Source: Lama guanicoe (lineage: Eukaryota). From it: a stretch of 64,000 bases of DNA. Under the pieces are notes generated by a model. It was given only the letters and a program-made list of their open reading frames with translations. It was not told the origin of the DNA and made no database searches. Each line of letters starts with the position of its first letter. The first letter of the stretch is position 1. Location of the stretch: contig MU053810.1 of assembly GCA_013239625.1 (NCBI GenBank), forward strand, positions 2,615,518 through 2,679,517. The letters are read 5' to 3'. Shown here in pieces: positions 16,501-27,160 of this stretch. The position numbers and the translations under genes are program-made.

Positions 16501-17113
16501 CTATTATATTTTGGTGACTGACTAGGAGAACTTGGGTTCCTTCATCCTTTAGCATTGTATGTAACTGCATTTTTCCAGATCCTCACATTATACTGCTGAT
16601 TCCTGATAAACAACCATTTTGTGCCTGAAAAGTATTTTTCAAAGCCACAAATTCGCCTTATAACTATGCTTGTCATTTAAACAGTCTATCTAGATTCCTC
16701 TATTATGCTAAACTTTTATAATTAGACACTTTTTTTTTGCCTAAAATCAATATTGGGCTTACAAGGATGCACAGGGAACAGAGCAACAGTGGAAGATTTT
16801 ACAGCTCGAAACTGCTCAGGATCCAGCTAATTAGTCTATTCAGATAGGCCTGATCCATTTTTTATTTGTATGTGAGGAGTGGGCTCCCATTTTTCTGCCA
16901 CTTAACTGTCCTGAAACAGGAAAGGTGACAAATTTTCAAGAGTAAATTTGGAGTACAGAGCCCGATTGGAGAAATCTTCAGTTGAAACTGGACTCCGCTG
17001 TTGCACGGTGTTAACTATCATTTGATGACTGACTAGGACAACTTGGGTTCCTTCAAACTGCATTTTCCAGATCCTCACGTTGTATTGCTGATTCCTGATT
17101 AACCACCTTTTGT
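16501..17113 (+). repeat. Local direct duplication, two ~100-120 bp copies (16501-16623 and 17015-17113)
   Basis: Shared core tgactgactagga(g/c)aacttgggttccttca...aactgcattt(t)tccagatcctcac.tt.ta.tgctgattcctgat. Confidence 0.9.
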
Positions 17114-17799
17114 ATTTCTACACAGCAAGCTGAGGGTAACCTTGGTGGTATTCCCTTTTTGAGCACAGCCCTAACCTAGGCTTTTGACCTTGTCTATGAT
17201 GCACTTTCAGTTGTCATGGGGCCAATGTGGTGTGTGCATGGACCAGATCTGGTGGCACTTCCAGAGGGTGAACTTTGGGTAGAGTCCAGGATGTGAATTT
17301 AATGGGTGGAGAGGCTGCAGCAGTCCAGTGAAGTTCGCGCGGCCAACTGCAGGAAGCCATGCTTCACTGCACCCTTCATGGGAGCTGGCCGACTTGCCCA
17401 GCCCTTGTTAAGCAGGGCCAGTTCTTGAGGAAAAGGCCGGCAGGTAGGTTCTCAGATGCCCCCCCGGGAGTCCCCTCCAGCTACTCTGACAAAACCCCCT
17501 CCCTCCCGGCCCTCGGCATCCTCCCCTCCCACTGTCCCTCCCTCAGAGGCCTCTACGAGACGTGCACACGCAGCTCGCGCGGAAGGCGCGGAGGAAGGCG
17601 GCCCCAGCGTCCCCGCCCCCGCGTGCGCGCCCCCAAACCCTCCCGTTGGCTCGTTCCAGCCTCGGCGCGCCGCCGGCTCCCCTCGGCCCCGCCCCCAGCA
17701 CACCTCGGCGGCTGCTAGAGGCGCGGGGGAGGGGAAGGGGCCGGGAGGCAGGTCGGGGCTGCCGGCCGGACGCGGCGGCGCGCACGCAGGCCTCGCCTC

Positions 17800-18090
17800 T
17801 CCCGGGCCTTCTCTCTCACGCCGGCCGCAGGGCGGGCGCGCACGCCGAGTGACGCTCCGAGGAGGAAGCGCAGCCCCCTTCCCCTCCCTCGCTGCCCCTG
17901 GCCCAGCGGGAGCCCCCCCAGTGCGCCTGTGCGGAGGCCTACTTGATTATGTGTGCCCTCTCCGGGTTCCAGCGTTAGCGGCCGGGTGGAGGTGGGGAGG
18001 GAAGAAGAAGAGGAGGAGGAGGCGGAGGAGGCGGTGGAGGGGAGGTGGGGGGAGTCAGGAAGGAAATGGCTCCTGACTCCTGTGCGGAAC
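17800..18090 (+). other. MLLT10: MLLT10 non-coding exon 1 (5' end approximate)
   Basis: Donor GAAC|GTGAGT at 18090/18091; 157-nt intron with CTAAT branch-like motif (18199-18203) ending at ctcttAG (18247). Confidence 0.7.
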
Positions 18091-18247
18091 GTGAGTGACT
18101 AAGCGGTAAAGCCCGAGTGAGCGAGCGGCCGAGCGGCGGGCGGGGGCCGGGACGCCGGGAAGGGAGCGGGGACGCGGGGGACTGTGCGGGGGGAAGCACT
18201 AATTGGCTTGCATGTGTTTTTTAATGGTCCCCCCAACTCCCTCTTAG

Positions 18248-18407
18248 ATGGTCTCTAGCGACCGGCCCGTGTCACTGGAGGACGAGGTCTCCCATAGTAT
18301 GAAGGAGATGATTGGAGGCTGTTGCGTTTGCTCAGACGAGAGAGGCTGGGCCGAGAACCCGCTGGTTTATTGCGACGGGCACGGCTGCAGCGTCGCGGTG
18401 CATCAAG
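18248..18407 (+). CDS. MLLT10: Protein AF-10 (DOT1L cofactor), first coding exon (exon 2), aa 1-53
   Basis: MVSSDRPVSLEDEVSHSMKEMIGGCCVCSDERGWAENPLVYCDGHGCSVAVHQ (PHD1 start); AG acceptor directly before ATG; donor CAAG|GTAAAC; 160 nt, phase 1. Confidence 0.97.
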
Positions 18408-18554
18408 GTAAACACCCAACCGCCCGCCGGGCCGAACCCGGCCTCTCCCAACCGTCACCGCTTCCCCCACCTCAGCAGCAACTGCCAGTTCCCCTCCCGC
18501 CCCTCCCCCCGCCCCGCCCCCGTCCCGTTTCGCAGCCGGGATTGACTCGGAGGG

Positions 18555-18627
18555 NNNNNNNNNNNNNNNNNNNNNNNNNNNNNNNNNNNNNNNNNNNNNN
18601 NNNNNNNNNNNNNNNNNNNNNNNNNNN
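18555..18627. other. Assembly gap (N run)
   Basis: 73 N in a GC-rich intron. Confidence 1.
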
Positions 18628-20139
18628 GGCGGCGGCGGCGGCGGGCGGGCGTGCTGTGGGGCGGCGGGCGGGGGTCGGGGCACGCGGCCCCCGGTCGTGT
18701 CCCCGCTCCTGCGGGTTCCGGCTGGGGAAGGTGGAGCCCCCTCCCCCTTCCCCTCCCGCCCGCTCGGTCTGCCGCAGCGTCTGGAGACTTCCTGTGCCAT
18801 GGAGTCGGGCTCGGGCGCGCGGCGCGCGGCGCTGGGCGGGTCGGGGGCCGGCGGGGCTGGCCTGCCGCCCTAGATTAAGAAGGGGGGCGCCCGCGGCCGC
18901 TCCCCGGGCTTCCTGGCGGAGACCCTGCCGCCGCCGCGGCGGACTGAGCTTCCCGCGGAGGAGGGCGGAAGGCCGCCGCCGCCGCCGCCGGAGCGCCGGT
19001 CCGAGCTGCCCCGGCCAGTGGGTGAACTGTGGAGGGGTTACGTCGGGCCGTTTACCCAGCCAAGTGATGGGAAAGGGGAAGGGGGGGGGGCTCGGTGCCA
19101 CCAGGGGCGTGCGAAGCATTAGTTTATTTCTGGGTGTTTCCGTTTGGTGAGTTTTGGAATTTGCGAAAAAGCCGAGGACACTAGTAAGGTAGCTTTCTGG
19201 CCATGGAACTTTCTCTGTCTTTCCATTTCGTCTGGGAAGAAATTGAGACTGAAACAACCTAGGCAATTTTTTGGTGGCTCTTGTAGCCCCCTGTTATTCA
19301 CTAACCCACCTCCCTTCCCATTTCTGAATCTGGCATTGAGTGATGCAGAGGTTCCGTAGTGTATGGGACACACCAACCGACTAAATATAAGGGGCTGAAC
19401 TGCCATCTTTACAGAATGGGGTCTCAGAATGGGAGGGGAGACTTGGGGGATTGTGAGTAACCTGACTAGAGAATGCAGTTACTCCCAGTTTCTTTTAAGG
19501 AAGAACAGAGTTGCACACATTCTTTTTCTAAGGGGTGGAAACAACTTGCTTTGAATCTAGGTACTAATTTTAAGGTCTTGGAACTGGTTTATTGTATTTC
19601 CGTTACAGTGTTCATTGGCATTTGTGGAGGCATTACTTACGAATTGGATGATAAATGATGAAGTTTTGTTAAGTAGTAGTGGTCTCATATCCCAATTTAG
19701 AAAATGTTTATTTAAGTCTTAAAATTTCCTCTCTAGAAGCATTTCCGAATTAAAATACACGTTTTTGGACATTGATGCTATATTTGGCTGATACAACATT
19801 TTTTACTGTGGCATGTTTGCACATTTTAGAAGGGATTAGCACTTTAGGTTTTGGAGTTTTAAAAAAAATTTATGCTGCTTTTATATTCCTTAAGAGCTTT
19901 CCAATATTTGAGATGTTTTCCGGTTGTCTCTGAGCAAGCTCATTCGAGAGACTGTCAACCAGGTATTAAGTATTTTTAGGTTTTTGGAAAAATTTTTAAT
20001 TTTGAGTTAAATTAAACGTTAATATAGAACAATTTTTTAAGCAACTAGACTGATTTAGATGTGTGGTATATATTCACATCACTTGTTGGAACAATCACGT
20101 TATATATTTAGAAATATGTAGTTTACGTGCATTTTAATA

Positions 20140-20402
20140 TCAGCTTTACTGAGAAGTAATTCACATACCATACAATTCACTCACTTAAAGTGTACAGTTC
20201 ACACTGGTTTTAGGTGTAGTCACAGTTTTGGATTTGTTACCACTGTCAATTTTAGAATATTTTTATCACCCTAACAAGAAACCTTGGATCCGTTAACAGT
20301 TACTCTCCATTTCTCCCCAACTCCCCTAGCCCTACTCCACCACTAATCTACTCTTTGTCTCCATAGATTTGCCTGTTCTGGACATTTTGTTTAAATGGAA
20401 GC
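20140..20402 (-). mobile_element. Old L1 (L1M-type) 3' end fragment
   Basis: cagctttactgag...ttcacataccatacaattcac..cacttaaagtgtaca...ctgttctggacattt: typical antisense L1M 3' UTR. Confidence 0.75.
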
Positions 20403-20839
20403 CTTTCACTTTTAATGTTACATTTAATTTTTTTCCCCTGCAATATCTTGCTGGTTTTGAAAGGTGATTTGAAATATTTTCATTTTCACATGCCTAAAAT
20501 GTTTGCTATTCAACTTGAGGAATGAATTAATGCAGAAACGAATTAACAATTTTTTGAGTTATTCTATGTAAAAAAACCCTTAAATATTAGCTAACGTTTT
20601 CTAACAAAAGAATATGATTGAAATTTTTCATGTTCATACTTTTAAATGGAGCAAAAGATTGACATTTTAATGTTTTTATTAAAATGTCATATTTTTAACT
20701 AAGTGATATGTATAATAAACACAAAGCAGGTGGTTTACGTGAATAGTTTGAGAGATAGTTAATAGAGCTTTGAAAAGATATTTGATTTTCATAATTCTTC
20801 AAATCTTAACACATATTAAAACATTTTATTTCCCAACAG

Positions 20840-20919
20840 CTTGCTATGGCATTGTTCAAGTACCCACTGGACCATGGTTTTGCAGAAAATGTGAATCTCA
20901 GGAGAGAGCAGCCAGAGTG
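20840..20919 (+). CDS. MLLT10: AF-10 exon 3, aa 54-80
   Basis: cccaacAG|CTTGC...: (A)CYGIVQVPTGPWFCRKCESQERAARV; donor GTG|GTAAGG; 80 nt, in frame with exon 2. Confidence 0.97.
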
Positions 20920-22489
20920 GTAAGGACTGTTTATCAAAAACATTAAAATACTTCAGTGAGTAGCTTAGGATGCTACGTACTCTTACTTCATTTTGAAGGG
21001 TTTTCAGTCTTGTTCAAATATTGAATTTGGGGCAAATACTGACTTGTAGTCTTAAACTGATTTTATAAAATCTGAAAAACAAATTGAACCTCATAAGTAT
21101 GTATCAATGGATACTTTGAATGGATAAAATATGAAGTTGTATTTGGGCTTCATTAGCCCTACCCACTGGTTTAAAGGTTAAATTGGCTAATCACACTTGG
21201 AGTGTAATGGTGGTAGGGCATACAATACTGATACTTCTGCTAGGTTTTGTTTAATGAGTTAAAAAAACGTATAGGGATTTAATGATTCACATTGCTTTTT
21301 ACTACATCTACACATGTACAGTTTAACTGAATGCTCAGTATTTTCATACATTCAGTCTCTTTGGCAAAAGCAACATAAAACTTCCTTTTTCCTGGTTAAC
21401 CTTTCTGAACACTTTTGTAAACCTTTTGTAGCAATGACGGAGGAATGTTTATTTTTTGTGCCCAAAAGCAGTTTTCCAGTTGAATTTTTAGAAATATGAG
21501 GGAGGAATAGATTCAGTCTTCACTAGTCATACACAGTATTACCATTTTTGCAATGTGGTAGTTCCTTTTGGGGTTAACTAGAGAATTTGACAGAAGGTAG
21601 AAAACAAACACTTTAACTTCTCTACCTACCTAGATAGCAAAAATGAAAGCTTTTATTTTGGGGCAATTTTTGATCAGTAAGAAATAATGACTGAGTACCC
21701 TATGTAGGATTGTGAAACTCAGAGCAGTTTTCCATTGATATGTTTTGTTGGTGTGTTAGAATGCATGTAGCAGAATTATAGCTGTTGTTCTAGTGTTACA
21801 ACAATGGGGATTAGCAAATGGAGGATGAAATCAATCATCGCAATTTTAGGACTTGAAGTATGTATAGGGTTACTCTTGTTTTTTTTTCCTCTTTGTAGCA
21901 TGTTATGGTTTGGGGTTGATGGGTCACCAAGGAAAGAAAGTTATGCTTTAATTTGCTAGTAAACACCCACAATAAGGAGAAGCTCTTTCAGAGTGTGCCA
22001 CAGTAGCCTGAAGGCCACGTAAAGAGGTAAATGGGGAGTGGTAAAATGCCAGCATTGTTTGCCCCAGATCCCACTTGTTGCCTTTTTTTTTTTTTTATTA
22101 CTTTTTCCTTTCTGAGGGCATGGTCAGGATATCCAGGTGAATAAGGTAGTTATCTTAAAAGATTTTTTTGAGGACACACTTTATTTCAGCTTTATTTGGT
22201 GGGATATGGGGGTCATTAATTAAAGAAGAAGCACAGCCTACTGTAGATTTCTGTAGTGTACAGTTATAAAAGGTAGGGTCATTTGTGTAGAGCCAAATAC
22301 TCATTCCAAGGTTAAATAAGCAAAGAAAGGACTTTTTGTTATAAGGATATGAGAACCAAGAATCCTAACCTGGAAATGTATCCATGACTTAGAAAGGGAG
22401 TTGGATTAGTCTTAATCTTACTTCTGCTCTTCTCTTTGTGTCTGCTTGATTCTTTTTCTTTTCTCTGCTGCTTACTCCAACTATCAATA

Positions 22490-22690
22490 GCTAACTTTTT
22501 TGATTGTTTACTGTCAGATACTATGCTAAATATTCTATACCAGTTATCTTTTTAAATTATCAAATGTATGAGGCCGATATTTTGTTACTCTCACTTTTAT
22601 AGATAAGGACGTTACAGTGTTAGGAGAAATACATATTTAGGTGGAGTTTAGGCTATGATTAAGCTCTCAGTCACACTGTTGTATATTACC
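22490..22690 (-). mobile_element. Degenerate MIR-like SINE
   Basis: aatagctaac..ttgattgtttactgtcagatactatgctaaa...ttactctcacttttatagataagg resembles the antisense MIR core. Confidence 0.45.
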
Positions 22691-23084
22691 TCTTGTGGTG
22701 AAAGATGGCCACACTTCAGCCCTTAATATTTTCTGTTTCCCTTTTTAAGAGACTAAATCTTAGTCCGAATCACGTGTTTCTTTGGGCAGGGTGTGGGGAA
22801 CCCTTTCTTGGCTTGTTTAGTTCTGAACCTGTTAGCTAGCCATGGCTAGAAAATAAGGTTGAGTTGCTCAGACACAGTAAGGGGGTTTGGGATAGCTCCC
22901 TTCTCAGAGAAGGGGAAATTATGACCTGGTAATACCTTGACAGATACTGAAGAGTAAAAATCCAGAACAATGAAGCAGTACTTTTAGACAAGTAGTTTGA
23001 TGTAGAATGGCTTTGAAAAGGAAGTTCATGGATAATGTACTGTCAGGAGAGGAGAACTTGCAGGGCCTAGTAGCAACACAATTT

Positions 23085-23187
23085 TTTTTAATGCTTTTTT
23101 GTTTGTTTGTTTTAAGTGGAGGTACTGCGGATTGAACCTGGGACCTTGTGCATGCTAAGCGCATACTCTACCACTGAGCTATACCCT
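23085..23187 (-). mobile_element. tRNA-derived SINE (camelid Vic-1-like)
   Basis: Reverse complement GGGTATAGCTCAGTGGTAGAGTATGCGCTTAGCATGCACAAGGTCCCAGGTTCAATCCGCAGTACCTCC plus A-rich tail; A and B boxes. Confidence 0.85.
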
Positions 23188-24342
23188 GGCAATTGTCTTT
23201 TAGGAAAGAGTACTTGATAGTGACACTGCTGCCAAGGATGCTGCAGAACTAAGAAAAGTTCTTGAGACAGCAATTGTAGTTCCCTGGTTTGGGCAGACAC
23301 TCGATACAGGGCATCGAAGAGAGTAGGGGTTGTAGGATTAGATAGAATGTTGAAAAAGTAAGGAAAGACGAAAATAAAAGTAGATGGGGATTGAGGGAAA
23401 AGTTTGGTTGGTTTTGAAGGGAAGCTCTTTGTTAGATAGGCATTCATTGTTCAGGTAAAGCACTTCAATTGCTTTTTTCACTTCCAGTGAATATTTATTT
23501 TACTGAAATTTTTTGATTAGACTTAACACTGTTTACTAACCACTATTACAGTGGTTAGAGGTTAAAATACTCGCTGATGACTATTTTTGTATTTAATGTA
23601 TATTTATTCTTAATTACCATAGGCTGAAGAGATTTATGAGAACTTTTATTTACTTATACAATTTTAATAAGATACAGAGAGTATATTTTAGATATTTAAG
23701 TATTCTACCTTGAAAACATGTTGAGAGTGGATTTTGCGAAAAAATAAAATAGCCAAAAGCCAATTAAGAATTTTTGTTATTTAATTCTTGCTCTTTTGAC
23801 TCTAAATGAAAGATGATTTGTTTCCTGTAGGAAGTGAGCTGTAACTTTTTACTATTGTGCTGCCTCTTTTTATTGCAGTTCTTCCTGGCTTATTACGTTG
23901 CTAGGGAGGAATGCTGGATGGAATCAAAACCTAGGTTTTAGGGATTGATCGACGGTGGCACTATTTTTAATTAATTAATTAATTTGTAATTTTTGCTTGT
24001 TGAACATACATAATACAAATAAATCTTTGTAAATCTGTAAAACCATATGCAGTATACTTAACCATGTTAACTATATATTTATATTTAATTCTAGTAATTA
24101 AAACTTACACTGATATACATTTATCACAAATAGTTCTGAACACCATAGAACATAAAATGAATATCTTCCCCACCCAAAATGAACAAATGTCATTTCTTTA
24201 CATTTGCTTCAAATCTTCCCTTCTGCTTAAAAAGAATATAAATTAAAAAGTTAAGTTGAAGTAGTTTTTGTATTCTCCCCAGTCTAGAATCAGCCATGAC
24301 TCTCAGTGTCTATTGTTCCCATCTATATGTATTTTTTCTTGC

Positions 24343-24870
24343 CAGCTTTATTGAGCTATAATTGATAGTGTAACATTGGAATAGTTTGAGGCGTTCAACT
24401 TAATGATTTGATACATGCATATATTGCAAAATGATTATCGCATTAGATGTAGGTAAGATCCATCAGCTCACATACTTGCAAATTTTTTCTTTTGACGAGT
24501 ACTTTTAAGATTTAACTCTTAGCAACTTTCAAATACCCAACACAGTATTGTTAACAGCAGTTACCATACTATACATTACATTCAGAATTTACTTATTTTA
24601 TAACTGGAAGTTTGTCTTTTAATCACCTTCATGTATTTCCCTACCCAGGACCACTGCCTCTGACAGCCAACAATCTGTTTTCTGTTTCTTTGAATCTGGT
24701 TTTTTAGATTCCACATATAAGTGAGGTCCTGTAGTATTTGTCTTTCTCTGGCTTGTTTCACTTAGCATAATGCCTTCAGGGTCCATCTATGTTGTCGCAG
24801 ATGTCAAGATTTCCTCCCTTTTTTTTTTTAAAAGACTGAATAGTATACCACTGTATATATATATACACTA
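24343..24870 (-). mobile_element. L1 3' end fragment
   Basis: cagctttattgag...tttttagattccacatataagtgag...cacttagcataatgcc..gggtccatc. Confidence 0.8.
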
Positions 24871-26581
24871 CCATCTATGTTTTAGTATTCATACTACATG
24901 TATATTTCCATAAACACCATCTGGTATCGTATTATTTTACAAGAATTAATATGCTGTATATGTGTTCCTATGGTATGTGATACAGCTACTTGTGACATAG
25001 CTATATTGATATATACCGATCTAGTTCATTCTTTCTATCTGCTTTAGTATTGTCACAGAAGTACTAGGATTTATTTAATTCCCTTATTGATTGTCATTTA
25101 GGTTTCCAATTTTTCACAATCACAAATAGGCCTGCAATGAACATCCTTGTAAATATAGTGAAGTTTGATTTTTAAAAATAAAGTCTAAGAATCTGTATTA
25201 ACAGGCAAGTTTTATTTGTTTACATTTGTACTAATACATATAAATAATATTCAGATGATACATTTGAGCTTATTTCTAAATTTTATTTTGTGTTAGCAAT
25301 TTACCGTGTTTTTCCCCAATTTTTTCCTTCAGTTGGAGTGATTGAGTGTTCTTTATTCCTTTAAAAAAATCTGGGCTGATTTGGAGGTTATATATTCTAT
25401 TTCTTAATGATTGCCTTTAAAATTTTAATGTGCATACTTTATATTTTTCTTTGAGTCTAAAGTTAATCTTTGTATTCCTTTTGAACAAAGCCAAGGACCT
25501 TAGGACGCCTTATATTCCCTCTTTCCATTGCAGAATCTGTTTCATTGTTGTCTGTATTTTAATTCCACCTAATTTTTAATCTCCTAAATTAGTAGTTTTT
25601 TTTTTTTTAATAGTCATTTGGAATTTAGACTACTTAATTGATATTTTGCCCCACCCAGTTTTTTGTTTTCTTTGCTGCTGTTTGGGTCCTTTTCTTTTTG
25701 AAAATTTTTGGTGTTTTTTTTTTTCCCCCCAAGGTCTGTGTAATAAGTAGTAAGTAAGCTTTGTTACTCTTTTTGCATGTAAGAATGTCTTTATTTTGCT
25801 TTCTTGTATGCTGGTTTGAATTCTAGGATAATAGTTGTTGTAACTAAAGATTTTATTTTAGATTGTTTTCTGGCACCTGTTTGTGCTACAAAGAAATCTA
25901 TTGACAGTCTGTTTATCCTGCATGAGAGTTGATCTCCTTTTTCATGCCAAGGACTCCATGTTTTTCATCCAATTTGGAAAATACTATGCTTTATCTTTTC
26001 AAGTATTATCACCTTCCCATTATATTTTCTTCTCCAGGACTGTTAACTTAGGATTCTCATTCTTTTTTTCATGTCTTTTAATTTGTCTTTCATATTTTCT
26101 ATCTTATCTCTGCATTATGGATAATCTCTTTAGCTCTGTCTTCAAATTTATGTTTATTGTTTATCCAGTCTGAATTTCTTTTCTGAGTAAATTGTGTCTA
26201 GATTTGCTGTTTTTATTTTTTCAGTTTGCCCCTTTTTTCATAGTATCTTGCTATTATTGCCTTAAGCACTATATTTATTTGAGCATATAAAACATAATTA
26301 CTTTAAAAATCCTTAGAGATTTTGGAATTCTTTTATTTGTTTTGTTACTGGTGGTGGTAGATGTCTTCATATGCTTTGTAATTTTTGACTGTGAGCTAAT
26401 CCTTAGGAGTTGTCTTCCTTGGGATTCTTGCTCCTCTGACTTGGGTTTGGGAAGGTGTTAACTGAGGGAAGCTTTTGCATTTGCTCTAACAACTGCATTT
26501 GGCTGCTAGTAACAAAGACTAGATTATAGTGGCTCCTGCAAATTAGCAATTTAACAAATTTCTTTATTTAGAAGGAGTTAA

Positions 26582-26710
26582 GGGGAGGGTATAGCTCAGT
26601 GGTAGAATGCATACTTAGGATGCAGGAGGTTCTGGGTTCAGTCCCCAGTACCTCGATTAAAAGATAAATAAATGAACCTAATTACCAACCCCACTACCCC
26701 CAAAATAGAG
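26582..26710 (+). mobile_element. tRNA-derived SINE (Vic-1-like), sense to MLLT10
   Basis: ggggagggtatagctcagtggtagaatgcatacttaggatgcaggaggttctgggttcagtccccagtacctc...aacctaattacc. Confidence 0.9.
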
Positions 26711-26749
26711 AAAAGGACAGGAAAGACTCTCAAAAAGGGGGGGGGGTGG

Positions 26750-27160
26750 TCAGAAAGGCATTTCAAAGCTTTTATGGCAGCTCTGTAAAGTCATTAGGGT
26801 TCAGACTTTGTCTGTGTTCCTGCTATACCAACCTTAGCACATGGTTTTCATTTTCTGGGTTGTCCCACAGTCACAGCGTGGCAGCTGGAACTGCAGTCAT
26901 CATGACTGCAAAAAGATGTTCCAGGCAGAAAGAAGTGGGGAGTAGGGGTGAAAGTGGTTCTACTTCCAGGTAACTTACCCTCTTAAATGAATTTTTTTGG
27001 AAGCCCCAGTCAGTAATTTATTCTTAATTTTACTGACTCTTAATTGTTAGAGAGGCTGCAAAATATGGGCCTTTTGATGAGTTGAATAAAACCAAGAATT
27101 CTATTAGTAGAGAAGAAGGGGGAAATGGATTTGGGATTGGTAACCAGCAAACTGTCATCA
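26750..27160. mobile_element. Degenerate MaLR (MLT1-like) LTR fragment
   Basis: Motifs gcagctggaactgcagtcatca, gaagccccag, aagaattctattagtagagaagaagggggaaatggat..gg recalled from MLT1-type LTRs. Confidence 0.4.

Larger units (their letters stand above)
17540..19130. promoter_or_regulatory. CpG island, MLLT10 promoter and first introns
   Basis: Dense CpG; GC boxes (ccccgccccc at ~17611 and ~17687); surrounds exons 1-2. Confidence 0.9.

Noticed and set aside
18408..19150. 300-aa ORF 18248..19150 as a full protein
   Set aside because: Only the first 53 codons are AF10. The rest is read-through into GC-rich intron 2 across a gap.
23113..23187. tRNA-Ala-like gene (also at 26582 and other copies)
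   Set aside because: Diverged multi-copy heads with A-rich tails and TSDs indicate SINEs, not functional tRNAs.
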